Below, one piece after another: positions 9,572 to 19,438 of a DNA stretch of 64,000 nt (its first letter is position 1; the number at the start of each line of letters is the position of its first letter). The position numbers and the translations under genes were made by a program. The notes beneath the pieces were generated by a model. That model was not told where the DNA came from. It searched no databases and was given only the letters and a program-made list of their open reading frames with translations. Source of the stretch: Spirochaetota bacterium. GTDB lineage: Bacteria; Spirochaetota; UBA4802; UBA5550. The stretch is from the NCBI GenBank assembly GCA_050298055.1, contig JBNKTL010000028.1:1-64000 (forward strand), in the 5' to 3' direction.

Positions 9572-9865
9572 ACTCCCCTTACCCACCAAAATCAATTTAA
9601 AATATCTCAACAGTGACGTTGAGTCAATAAATTATTACCTCAAACAGGCAAATAAATTACTGCCCGAAAAATTCTGAGGATAATTTAATTTTAAGGAAAT
9701 TTAAATAAATACATTTTTGAATTTTTCCGGTATTTTTTTAAATATTTAATGAAATTGTCAGGCCGGATGTTACTTTTAGACCCCGTCTACGTTTTACAGA
9801 GTGAAAGAGCGGAAGACGGAAATGCCCGGGAGAAAAGTACTCCTTTCTCAACAAGGTGGAACTCT

Positions 9866-10420
9866 ATGGATGAAGCAGAGATAGTCAACCGCTGTAAAAA
9901 GGGTGATATGAAGGCCTTCAGTCATATCTACAGCAGCTATGTAAAAAAGATATATGACTATATCTACTACAAGACCTTTCACAGGGAGACGGCGGAGGAT
10001 ATTACCAGCTTCACCTTCATGAAGGCACTGGAAAACATTTCCGGCTTCGATCCCGGCCTGGGGAGCATATCTTCCTGGCTCTACACTATTGCCCGGAATG
10101 CTGTCACAGACCACTACAGGAAGGCGCGGAAGAGTGTAAATATAGACGATATCTGGGACCTGGCAGGTGATGATGATCCGGAGATCGATGCCATAAACCA
10201 GGAGGCATTTGACAGGATCCAGGAATATCTTAAAAGCCTGGCTCCGGACAAGCGGTCAATTATTATCATGCGGGTATGGCAGGATATGTCATATAAAGAG
10301 ATCTCCAGGATAACGGGAAAGACCGAGGCTCAATGCAAAATGACCTTCTACAGGGCCATAGAGAAGCTGAAACAGCAGATCCCGGCGTCAGTATTACTGA
10401 TATTTTTACTGAGACTGTAA
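9866..10420 (+). CDS. ECF RNA polymerase sigma factor
   Basis: AEDITSFTF, SWLYTIARN..DHYR, region 4 MSYKEIS; candidate promoter TGTTAC-N16-CGTT at 9768-9793. Confidence 0.93.
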   Translation: MDEAEIVNRCKKGDMKAFSHIYSSYVKKIYDYIYYKTFHRETAEDITSFTFMKALENISGFDPGLGSISSWLYTIARNAVTDHYRKARKSVNIDDIWDLAGDDDPEIDAINQEAFDRIQEYLKSLAPDKRSIIIMRVWQDMSYKEISRITGKTEAQCKMTFYRAIEKLKQQIPASVLLIFLLRL

Positions 10421-10455
10421 GATGAAAAATTCGGTGAAAAATCAGGAGATGAAAA

Positions 10456-11985
10456 ATGGGTAAGAAAACAGACAGGATAATGAAGGACCTTGAAACACTG
10501 GATGCTTCCGCGGACAGTGACAGGGAAAATATGAAAAAAACCATAGAGAAAATTATAAAATCAAAGCCGCACACGGGCTTCAGAAATTCATTCAAAAAAC
10601 GGCTTGAAGGTGAACTTCTCTCCCGGGCGAAAGAGCTTTCCGGAGAGGATGACGGTCTATCACGGGGAAAACTCTTCTACTTTAAAAAGTACGGGGCGGC
10701 CGGAAGTATCGCCGCGGTCCTGATCGCGGCTTTCATCTTTCTCCCCCTCTACCTCATGCAGACAGGTGAGAGTGAAAAACAGGTTGCAACAACCGTCTAC
10801 AGGCAGAAAAAGATGCCGGCGGAAACACTGGAGAGAACAGACAGGACAATGGACAAAAAGATCCGGTCTATAAAAGGAGAAGATAAAAAGACCAGCGGGG
10901 GACTTCCCGCCGGGACGGGAAAGATGATAGCACGCGGGAAAAGTTCCCCTCCCCCTGTAAGCGAAATAACAGGTTTGATGAAGAATAAGAAAAGTCTACC
11001 CGGAGACAGAGAGGACATGTCGGACGGCATCGGCACCGGCACTGTGAAGGAGACCGATGACCTGTCAGGCTACAGCATCGCCCGGGCCCCCATGAAGGGA
11101 AGGAAGAGAGAACTTAAATCCGTGGAAGAATCAGAAGCCATAATCTCCATAAGGGATAAAAAGCCGGGAGAAAAGGAGAGAACCGTCTATAAAGTCGATG
11201 AACAGAAAAGGACCTCTGAAAACGAATTCCGGGACGCAGGGAAGAACCCCCTCTCAACACTTTCATTTGACACGGGGACCTCATCCTACGGCAATACCCG
11301 GAGCTTTCTCACCGGGAACAGGCTCCCTCCCCGGAACAGCGTGCGGATCGAAGAATTCATAAACTCTTTCAGCTACACCTACCCGGCCCCCCGGGGTGAC
11401 ACACCCTTCTCCATCACAACCGAAACGGGAAGGTGCCCCTGGAACGGCAGGAACAAACTGGTGCATATCGGCATTAAAGGGTCCCGTCCCATTGCCGGGG
11501 ATCTGAATATACAGGTTGAGTTCAACCCGTCGCTGGTCAGCTCATACCGGTTCATGGGCAACGAAAACAGAATGCCCGCGAAGAAAGACTTCAATCAGCA
11601 CACCGGAAAACCGGGCCCGGAACATACCGTCACCGCCCTCTACGAGATCGTCCCTGCCCGGGGGAAAACAGGGACCATAAAAGGCCCCGATAGAAGCGGG
11701 AAGCTCATGACGGTAAAGCTCCGTTACAGAAAACCGGGGAGCACGGAAAGCAGTCTGATCGTAAAGACAGTAAAGGACCGGGATGGTGTAAAGCTCTCAA
11801 ACAACTTCAGGTTCTCCGCTGCTGTTGCGGAGTTCGGGATGCTCCTCCGGAAGTCAAGATCCAGGGGAAGCTCCAGTTACGCGCAGGTAAAAGAGCTTGC
11901 GGAGAACTCCCTGGGGAAGGACAGGTCCGGGCGCAGGAGAGAGTTTTTGCGGCTGGTGAGGATGGCGGAGGTTTTGGACAAATAG
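10456..11985 (+). CDS. Membrane-anchored YfbK-like protein (vWF_A N-terminal + DUF3520-like), VWA core absent; probable anti-sigma partner
   Basis: One TM helix; PLSTLSFD..T.SY, VRIEEFINSFSY.YP, PWN, IQVEFNP, VTALYEIVP, FSAAVAEFGMLLR. Confidence 0.8.
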   Translation: MGKKTDRIMKDLETLDASADSDRENMKKTIEKIIKSKPHTGFRNSFKKRLEGELLSRAKELSGEDDGLSRGKLFYFKKYGAAGSIAAVLIAAFIFLPLYLMQTGESEKQVATTVYRQKKMPAETLERTDRTMDKKIRSIKGEDKKTSGGLPAGTGKMIARGKSSPPPVSEITGLMKNKKSLPGDREDMSDGIGTGTVKETDDLSGYSIARAPMKGRKRELKSVEESEAIISIRDKKPGEKERTVYKVDEQKRTSENEFRDAGKNPLSTLSFDTGTSSYGNTRSFLTGNRLPPRNSVRIEEFINSFSYTYPAPRGDTPFSITTETGRCPWNGRNKLVHIGIKGSRPIAGDLNIQVEFNPSLVSSYRFMGNENRMPAKKDFNQHTGKPGPEHTVTALYEIVPARGKTGTIKGPDRSGKLMTVKLRYRKPGSTESSLIVKTVKDRDGVKLSNNFRFSAAVAEFGMLLRKSRSRGSSSYAQVKELAENSLGKDRSGRRREFLRLVRMAEVLDK

Positions 11986-12056
11986 GCACGGACGAATTAT
12001 CCAAGGTATAAACCGGACCGGGACCATTACTCATAAATCCCATTCATACGGGCCTG

Positions 12057-13037
12057 TCAGTTTCTCTCACCATTCTCCTCAAGCTCTGCCAGCTTGGCCC
12101 GGACCTCATCTGCCCTCTTCGGATCGCCCGATTGTTCAAAAAACTCGATCTGTTTCATAGCACCATTTTAATTCTGACAGCAAACCTATTTCCCGACAAA
12201 TCATTTCCATTTTCCCCAGGAGTACCATGGCCTCTTCAAATTTGCCCAACTTTTTGAGAATCCCTGCCTGATTGCCGTAGCTTTGTCCCAAACCGGCCTT
12301 ATCTCCAAGTTCAAGGGCAGGAAATGCGCCTTCCCGCCGAACTTTTCTGCAAAAGCATGGGCGAGAAATGTCTTCCCCATCCCCCCCGCTCCCTGGAGGG
12401 AAGAGAGCGCTGCGACGCCGCTGCTCCTTTCAAAAAGCCGGTCTTCCAGCCAGGCAACGGCATCCTCTCGCCCTACCATTTCGTCGGTCCGTCCCAGGTC
12501 AAGGGGGTGAAAGGTAAGGGGGATCATTTCAAAGCCGGGTTTCGACCCGGGATTTTTTTTCGGTACGGGGGAGAAGCCGGGTTTTTTTTTCGGTTTTCGC
12601 CTTCGGTCCTCTACCCTGGTTTTTATCTCCTCAAGAAGCAGCTTTTGCGCCTCTTCCTCCTGAAGTCCCACCAGGTCGATATAAATCATGGAGCGGAATA
12701 TCCCTGGTGGATCAAAATCCTCTGCCCGTACCGGGATCAGTTTACCCTCTTCACCGGCAGGGTCCCCTGCGAAAGCCGCAGCCCACTCAGGTTGTGTGAA
12801 AAGTGCGTTGAGATAAGCCCGGGAGAGAACTGCAATTGTTCTTTCAGCTTCAACAGCGGCTTTTTGCATCATTACCGGGAATTGCATTCCGGCCAGGAAA
12901 TCCCATGCCTGGATGACCGTGGTATAGCCTGCTTCTTCCAGTGTCCATGCAATCCATTCCGCAAGATTTTTATCTACACTGTTGTAGCTTATAAAGAAGT
13001 CCTTTTTCTCTTCCTTCCTGCCTGTTCTTTTGGCCAT
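12057..13037 (-). pseudogene. TIR domain - NB-ARC-like P-loop - TPR gene, internally deleted and frameshifted
   Basis: TIR motifs (FFISY...WIAWTLEEAGY...QAWDF...EW) and Walker A GAGGMGKT, then an out-of-frame TPR-like tail GDKAGLGQSYGNQAGILKKLGKFEEAM. The residual ORF 12201-13037 keeps an intact TIR. Confidence 0.8.
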
Positions 13038-13185
13038 AAGGATATCTCCCCTCTATCATTCCATCCGTCACAGATATATCCTGAATTAACACGCATAACA
13101 CCAGATCACTTGACACTACTTCATTCCCATAATATGTCAATAGAAATTATGATACGTATCTCAGTCGCATATTCCTTTTTCCTCC

Positions 13186-14487
13186 TCACAACTTCGTCCG
13201 GTGAACGGCCCCAATTTTTTTAACATGTTCAGGGTCAACTCCGGCTTCTTCGGAAAATTCGGGCCAGCGGCATACAACTTCAATGACCTGTTGTATCATC
13301 CGGTCCGCCTGTGACTTTTTGATGTCAGCCGCCCGGGCCAGGGCGAGCAGGTCCTCTCGTACAAACCCGTCCCGCTTACCGTTTACGCTCATCTGATGCC
13401 GGCTGGTCCATTCGCCCCCGGGATTCCACGCGTAAGTAATATCAAACGCAGGGGAGAGACGCCATTCACCCCGGCGATTCATAAGGAAAGCTGTATTCTT
13501 TACATGATCATCACAATTTCGGGCCACCACATTGAAGATGGCCCGCAGCACCATCTGCTTCATCTCCCTGCGAGGGAGCCCCATCCTCCGGATGATCTGG
13601 ACCGCCTGTTCATAGGAATAGCTCGCAGGTTGCCTGTAGTCAAAGTGAGCAATAGCCCCCAGGGACTGCATGTGCAGCTTCCTGCCTTTGTCGTCCCTGT
13701 CAAACCTCTTTGTCATAAAGTGGCTCCGTCCCCCTTCATGATGAAGACGGCATGTCATCATGCGGATACCGGTCTCCACGGCCATCAGGTGATAGGCATA
13801 CTCGATTTTCCCATAGCCCTTCGGTGAGGAAATTTCCGCATCACTGCCGCCGGTGATCCCGTCAAACTTCATTATCCAGTATTCATATCCTTTCCCGGCC
13901 TCCACCTGGCCTGACCTGAACTGGTTGGTTTCTTTATTCCAGGCGAGAATCCCCTTTGGCCTTGCTCCACCGGCTGAAGTCCCTACCCGGAGGATATCAT
14001 TGATTGCTTCACGGTCGTCATCACCGGAAAAAACACCGCTTAACCCGGCACGTTGGTCAAGGATCCGGTTCGCCAGGTCGACAAGACCTGCGACCTCAAC
14101 CTCCCGTTTGCTGGCCGGCAGTCCGGATAGTGCCGGCTGATACTCCAAGGCCCCCATACCGCGGCTGCCCACATAGCAAAGCCGTTCCACCTGATGAAAA
14201 CTCTCTGCAGTTCGTCCCTGCAAAGCAAGCCAGGCGTCAATGACCGCGTTACCAAATTTATCCGGAAGTGAATCGGCAATCATTCCCGGTAATCCTTTGA
14301 ATGTGTTTCGCGCAAGTGCCGGGAACTCATAGGGAAATTCGCTCAGCGGCATCATAAGCGGCGCCAGCTGAATCCCGCTGAGAAGGAAATCAGGTGTGTA
14401 CTGGAAAACCCCTATCTCCCTGTCTTCAAGCCAGGTGACGGCGCCTATCACACTCCCCCAAAGAAGCACCCGGGCATCATTATTCAT
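13186..14487 (-). CDS. hipA: HipA-family toxin kinase
   Basis: DSLPDKFGN, GMGALEY, GTSAGGARPK, WIMKFD, KRFDR, NCDDHVKN, LSPAFD; ATG at 14487 with GGGAGG RBS. Confidence 0.95.
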   Translation of the reverse strand: MNNDARVLLWGSVIGAVTWLEDREIGVFQYTPDFLLSGIQLAPLMMPLSEFPYEFPALARNTFKGLPGMIADSLPDKFGNAVIDAWLALQGRTAESFHQVERLCYVGSRGMGALEYQPALSGLPASKREVEVAGLVDLANRILDQRAGLSGVFSGDDDREAINDILRVGTSAGGARPKGILAWNKETNQFRSGQVEAGKGYEYWIMKFDGITGGSDAEISSPKGYGKIEYAYHLMAVETGIRMMTCRLHHEGGRSHFMTKRFDRDDKGRKLHMQSLGAIAHFDYRQPASYSYEQAVQIIRRMGLPRREMKQMVLRAIFNVVARNCDDHVKNTAFLMNRRGEWRLSPAFDITYAWNPGGEWTSRHQMSVNGKRDGFVREDLLALARAADIKKSQADRMIQQVIEVVCRWPEFSEEAGVDPEHVKKIGAVHRTKL

Positions 14488-14869
14488 TATCATCCTCCCC
14501 GTCACCCCACGACCAAGCCGTGTGTTCATCAATGGACCGGCCAGGACGCGCGCGTTTACGCTCTCCGTCGCCAATTCCCACCCGTTCAACCGGTCTTACA
14601 GCGGGGTCCGGCAGCAGGGCTTCAAGGTTTTGCTGTATGCGTAGCGCTATCATAATCCGGATAAATGTATCCAGGGAAACACCCTGACCCTTTTCAAGCC
14701 GTCCGATGGTCCTTGGCGAGACACCTGCTTCCCCGGCAAGTTGCGCCTGGGTTATGTTACGGGAAAGCCTTATGCTTTCCAATCGCCTGCAGAGAGCGGC
14801 TTCGATCTGATTACTTGTTGCTACAGAAAAATCTATTTTATAAGACATATATTGCTTATTATCCTCCAT
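14480..14869 (-). CDS. XRE-family HTH antitoxin (HipB-like)
   Basis: RLSRNITQAQLAGEAGVSPRTIGRLEKG; overlaps the hipA start. Confidence 0.9.
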   Translation of the reverse strand: MEDNKQYMSYKIDFSVATSNQIEAALCRRLESIRLSRNITQAQLAGEAGVSPRTIGRLEKGQGVSLDTFIRIMIALRIQQNLEALLPDPAVRPVERVGIGDGERKRARPGRSIDEHTAWSWGDGEDDNE

Positions 14870-14882
14870 TATTAGGATTATT

Positions 14883-14987
14883 CAGCAATATATTACTAAT
14901 TATACCAAAAGTCAAGCACAATATAATAAACAGTAATTTGTTGCTGTTTATTAGTATATTCGCACTATTATCAGCAAGATATTACTG
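14883..14987. promoter_or_regulatory. Three palindromic operators CAGYAA-N4-TTRCT(G/A) upstream of hipB
   Basis: cagcaa-tata-ttacta 14883-14898, cagtaa-tttg-ttgctg 14931-14946, cagcaa-gata-ttactg 14972-14987; minus-strand TTGACT-N17-TATATT promoter overlaps site 1. Confidence 0.7.
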
Positions 14988-15089
14988 TTTATACTACATT
15001 AAACTAAAGTATGGATATCTCAATAAAATAATATCTACCGGGGAAAAATCAAAAAATTATTCGCTTCCAGGATTAAAGAAAAGTTTTAA

Positions 15090-15485
15090 TTATCCACCGC
15101 CGTAATTGCATGAGAGACTTTCCAGGTAATACCGGTCAAGAAGGTAGATGATCAGCGCCCCAATCCCATAGGCAGCCATATCCGCAGGATCAAAGGTGCT
15201 CCCCAGGGTGAGGATGATCAGCAGACTTTTCGTATCAAAGTACCGGGGAACACCGAGATACTGGAGAAACTCAACAAAACAGGCAAAAGCCAGGACTCCC
15301 GGGGCAAGAAAAACCGGCCTCAGCTCCGGGGCAAGAACCTTAATACTCCCGTAGATGAAGATCACAATGAGGATATCCCCCCCGAATCCCCGGATAAAAG
15401 GGTGCCCCCTGAGGACCGTTGCCACTGCAATACCGCACAAAAAAGTAAAAAGTGAAATAAGGATGTAAGGTATTCGTTTTTTCAT
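15090..15485 (-). CDS. DUF2809-family membrane protein
   Basis: FIRGFGGDILIVIFIY, VEFLQY, LGSTFDPAD..AY; ATG at 15485 (MKKRIPY). Confidence 0.85.
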   Translation of the reverse strand: MKKRIPYILISLFTFLCGIAVATVLRGHPFIRGFGGDILIVIFIYGSIKVLAPELRPVFLAPGVLAFACFVEFLQYLGVPRYFDTKSLLIILTLGSTFDPADMAAYGIGALIIYLLDRYYLESLSCNYGGG

Positions 15486-15729
15486 AGGATGCTCTTTATT
15501 ACGAAGAGAGGATTTCAGGTCAATTATTTTTTGAAGGGAAGAAACCTGACCCAGGGGTGTGAATATATTTCGGAAAAATTGCCTGATATAGACAGCGAAA
15601 GAATCAAACTTATTTTTTAAAACTGTATTGACAATGGTGTCCACTTCAGTAGAATCTTAGTATACTATCAAGATTATGTATTTCACCACATAATTGATAT
15701 AAATAATCGAATTCATAAACAAACTCTGT

Positions 15730-17265
15730 ATGAAATTTTTAAAGATTGATACTGTCATTTTTAAAAAATTCTTTTACGGGAAATATTGGTTTGGAATTTT
15801 TTTGTCTTTAATTTTTATTTATTATATTGAAAGAAATCGTATTTTAGGTCAACCCGCCATTACACCTTTCGCATTATTAATGTTTTCCATAGTTGTTGCT
15901 TCTGCAATTGGTGGTTTAATTCCAGGTTTAATCTCTGCTACTTGTGTTTCGATTTACGCTTATCGATCTTATCTTATTGGATATGGACCAGAAACATTTA
16001 CTGGTGAACTTTTAAATACACTAATAGGTATCATTATTTATTACATCCAGGCGGTTTCACTTGGAATTGTTAAATCAAAAAAAGATAATTTAATAAATAA
16101 ATTAAAAATGGCGCAAAGCGATCTTCATCAAGAAATCAATAAAGCGCAACAATATTTAGATATTGCCGGTGTTATCCTGGTAGCCATTGAAAAAAATCAG
16201 AAAATTTCTCTTATTAACCAAAAAGGATGTGAAATTTTAGAATATGATGTTAAGGAAATTATTGGCAAAAATTGGTTTGATTTGTTTGTTCCCGAATCTG
16301 TTCGTAAAGATGTACTTCATGGATTCCAATTATTGATGAATGGTGAACTTGAAAATGTTAAACATTTTGAGAGTCCAATTCTTACAAAAAATGGTCAGGA
16401 ACGCTTGATTTTGTGGCATAATGCATTACTCCGGGATAAACAGGGAAATATTGTTGGTACATTAAGTTCCGGTGAAGATATTACTGATGAAAGAATTGCT
16501 AAAGAACAGATCATAAACCTTAATCATGCATTGGTAAATCGGGCAGTTGCACTGGAAGAAGCAAATAAAGAATTGGATTCTTTCGCTTATTCGATTTCTC
16601 ATGATCTACGAGCACCTTTGCGCCATATTAATGGTTTTATTGAATTACTACAAAAAAACATCAATGTTGATCTTGATGAGCAAAGTCAGCATTATATGAC
16701 AGTCATTAGTACTTCAGCAAAATTAATGAATGAATTGATTGAGGTTCTTCTTTCATTTTCGCGAATGAGCAATCAACAAATCTTATTAACAACAGCAGAC
16801 TTAGAAAAAATCGTCCAAACAGTAATTACACAGTTAAAACCAAATCTTAATAATCGAGAAATTGAATGGCGGATTAGTAATCTTCCTTTAGTTACCGGAG
16901 ATCCTTCCTTATTACAAATAGTATTTACAAATTTACTCTCTAATGCAATTAAATTTACTAAAAATAGAGAAAAGGCAATTATCAAAATTAGTTGGGAAGA
17001 TAAGGACAATGAAGTTATAATTTCTATTCAAGATAATGGCATTGGTTTCGATATGAATTACTATTCAAAATTATTTGGTGTTTTTCAGAGATTACATCAT
17101 AAAAATAAATTTGATGGTATTGGGGCTGGTCTTGCAATTACAAAACGAATTATCAAACGTCATGGTGGAAATATCTGGGCAGAAGGTAAAATCGACAAAG
17201 GTGCAACATTCTTTTTTTCATTACCAAAAAATGTTAAAGATAAGGAAAATAATGCAAATATTTAA
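15730..17265 (+). CDS. Membrane PAS-domain sensor histidine kinase
   Basis: TM helices, PAS domain, FAYSISHDLRAPLR H-box, NLLSNAIKFT, DNGIGF, GAGLAI; markedly AT-rich. Confidence 0.95.
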   Translation: MKFLKIDTVIFKKFFYGKYWFGIFLSLIFIYYIERNRILGQPAITPFALLMFSIVVASAIGGLIPGLISATCVSIYAYRSYLIGYGPETFTGELLNTLIGIIIYYIQAVSLGIVKSKKDNLINKLKMAQSDLHQEINKAQQYLDIAGVILVAIEKNQKISLINQKGCEILEYDVKEIIGKNWFDLFVPESVRKDVLHGFQLLMNGELENVKHFESPILTKNGQERLILWHNALLRDKQGNIVGTLSSGEDITDERIAKEQIINLNHALVNRAVALEEANKELDSFAYSISHDLRAPLRHINGFIELLQKNINVDLDEQSQHYMTVISTSAKLMNELIEVLLSFSRMSNQQILLTTADLEKIVQTVITQLKPNLNNREIEWRISNLPLVTGDPSLLQIVFTNLLSNAIKFTKNREKAIIKISWEDKDNEVIISIQDNGIGFDMNYYSKLFGVFQRLHHKNKFDGIGAGLAITKRIIKRHGGNIWAEGKIDKGATFFFSLPKNVKDKENNANI

Positions 17266-17422
17266 CTGCAACCACTATTTATTATATTTGATTCTTATAT
17301 AACTAATCAACAAGACAGCTATTCAGGAAAAAGAAAAAGTTATTGATATGGGAGCCGTATCAGGTATGATACATGCCAGACGACCGTGAAGCGGTTTAGT
17401 TCATGAATATTTAACGAGCATT

Positions 17423-19237
17423 ATGACCTGGGAAATATTTTTTGCAATAGGCCTTGTATTATTAACTTTTGCCAGTCTTGTTATTGAAAAATATTCAAGC
17501 GATGTAACTGCTTTATCGGCAATTGTGGTAACAGTGTTATTTATTACAATCTTTCCAGCGTCAAAACTACCTTCCTTTGCCGATTTTACGAAAGTCATAT
17601 CCAATCCAGCACCATTAACAATCGCTTCCCTGTTCATCATCAGCTCAGCTCTAAATAAAACCGGCATCATAGAACAGATCTCAATATTTCTCGGACGTTT
17701 TAAAAATCCGGGATACACTCAAATAATTATTTTACTGGTCTTTACCGTTGGTTTCGCATCGGCTTTTATCAATAATACACCCGTCGTAGTCATGTTACTC
17801 CCCATATTATTGAGCCAGGCCCGGGCAATGTCAATTAAACCCTCAAAACTTTTAATTCCCTTATCATATGCCTCTATATTCGGCGGGACCTGCACTCTCC
17901 TCGGAACAAGTACGAATATCCTTGCCAGCGGAATAGTGCAAAAAGCGGGTTATCCCGGGATAGGGATGTTTGAACTGACATGGATCGGTTTTCCGTTGCT
18001 GTTATGCGGAACTGTCTATCTTGCAGTAATCGGCAGACATCTGTTGCCGGATCGTGAATCTTTATCTTCAATCTTAACGGAACAGGAACGCAAAGAATTT
18101 ATGGCGGAAGTTTTTGTAAAAAAGGGATCTCCATTAATTGGGGTTGCCGTACAGGAATCAGAATTATTTAAAAAGCATAAATTCAATATTATCGCAATTA
18201 TGCGCAAAGGTGCACCGGTTGATGATGTAAAAACCACTGTTCTGGCCCAGGGTGACAGGCTGGTTTTATCAGCCCATCCGTCAAAAATTGCCCGAGCCCA
18301 GTCTGTTGACGGACTGAATTTTATTACTGTCTCAAAAGAAGGATTATCAACTATCACCGAACATGCAGGGGGTATCGTTGAAGCTATACTGGCGCCCACT
18401 TCAACATTAGCGGGCAAAACAATTAAAAAAATAAATTTTATGACACGCTACCGAATGGTCGTTCTGGCAATTCACCGGCGGGGCCGCAATGTCCGTGATC
18501 AGCTGAATAATCTTAAACTTGAACTGGGTGATACTTTGCTGCTCATGGGCTCGGAACAGGCTATTGAGAACATGCAGGGAGATGAGGACCTGGTCCTCCT
18601 GGACCGCCCCCCCCTGCCAACCCGGAAAATGCAAAAAAAAGCCCCTCTGGTTCTCTTAACATTATTCGGCATAATAATATCCACCTCATTCAACCTGGTT
18701 CCCATAGCTGCAGCCACAATTATCGGAGTAACCGTTATTTTTATAACCGGAAGCCTGCAGCCCAAAGAGGGCTACCAGTCTGTGGACTGGAGCCTGCTGG
18801 TTTTAATTTACGGGATGCTGACCCTGGGGATGTTACTTCAGGTTACCGGCACATCAGGCTTAATTGTTGAAACGATCATCGGGCAGATACATTCATATGT
18901 GGCTCCGGAAAATCATCCCATAGCATCATTAGTTGTTATCTATTTTTGTACTTTTTTATTAACTGAAGTCTTATCCAATAATGCCACGGTGGTGATTATG
19001 ATGCCCATGGGTATTACCCTTGCAGAGAAAATCGGAGTTGATCCGAGGCCGTTTATTATCGCAATTTGCATAGCATCATCAGCAAGTTTTTCAACCCCTA
19101 TCGGCTACCAGACCAACACCTATGTCTATAGTGTGGGGGGCTATCGTTTTATGGATTTTGTTAAAGTCGGTGTCCCTTTAAACATACTCTATATGCTTGT
19201 TGCGTGTTACCTGATACCCAGGATATGGCATTTTTGA
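17423..19237 (+). CDS. SLC13/CitMHS-type permease with two TrkA-C domains
   Basis: SAFINNTPVV, GGTCTLLGTSTN, TEVLSNNA, TPIGYQTN. Confidence 0.93.
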   Translation: MTWEIFFAIGLVLLTFASLVIEKYSSDVTALSAIVVTVLFITIFPASKLPSFADFTKVISNPAPLTIASLFIISSALNKTGIIEQISIFLGRFKNPGYTQIIILLVFTVGFASAFINNTPVVVMLLPILLSQARAMSIKPSKLLIPLSYASIFGGTCTLLGTSTNILASGIVQKAGYPGIGMFELTWIGFPLLLCGTVYLAVIGRHLLPDRESLSSILTEQERKEFMAEVFVKKGSPLIGVAVQESELFKKHKFNIIAIMRKGAPVDDVKTTVLAQGDRLVLSAHPSKIARAQSVDGLNFITVSKEGLSTITEHAGGIVEAILAPTSTLAGKTIKKINFMTRYRMVVLAIHRRGRNVRDQLNNLKLELGDTLLLMGSEQAIENMQGDEDLVLLDRPPLPTRKMQKKAPLVLLTLFGIIISTSFNLVPIAAATIIGVTVIFITGSLQPKEGYQSVDWSLLVLIYGMLTLGMLLQVTGTSGLIVETIIGQIHSYVAPENHPIASLVVIYFCTFLLTEVLSNNATVVIMMPMGITLAEKIGVDPRPFIIAICIASSASFSTPIGYQTNTYVYSVGGYRFMDFVKVGVPLNILYMLVACYLIPRIWHF

Positions 19238-19438
19238 TTAATTGCTCTTCGTGCTGCTCCATAAAAATTTACCTTTTTATCACAACAAACATCCATTAAT
19301 ATAATTCGCTTTTAAGTAACATACTGTTTCAACGATTTTCTGTTGACATAATCTAATCTGTATGCGATCGGTAATGATAATTAATCAATTGAATTTATAT
19401 TATAATAAGACACGTACAAGATTTTCAAGGAGTAAATC

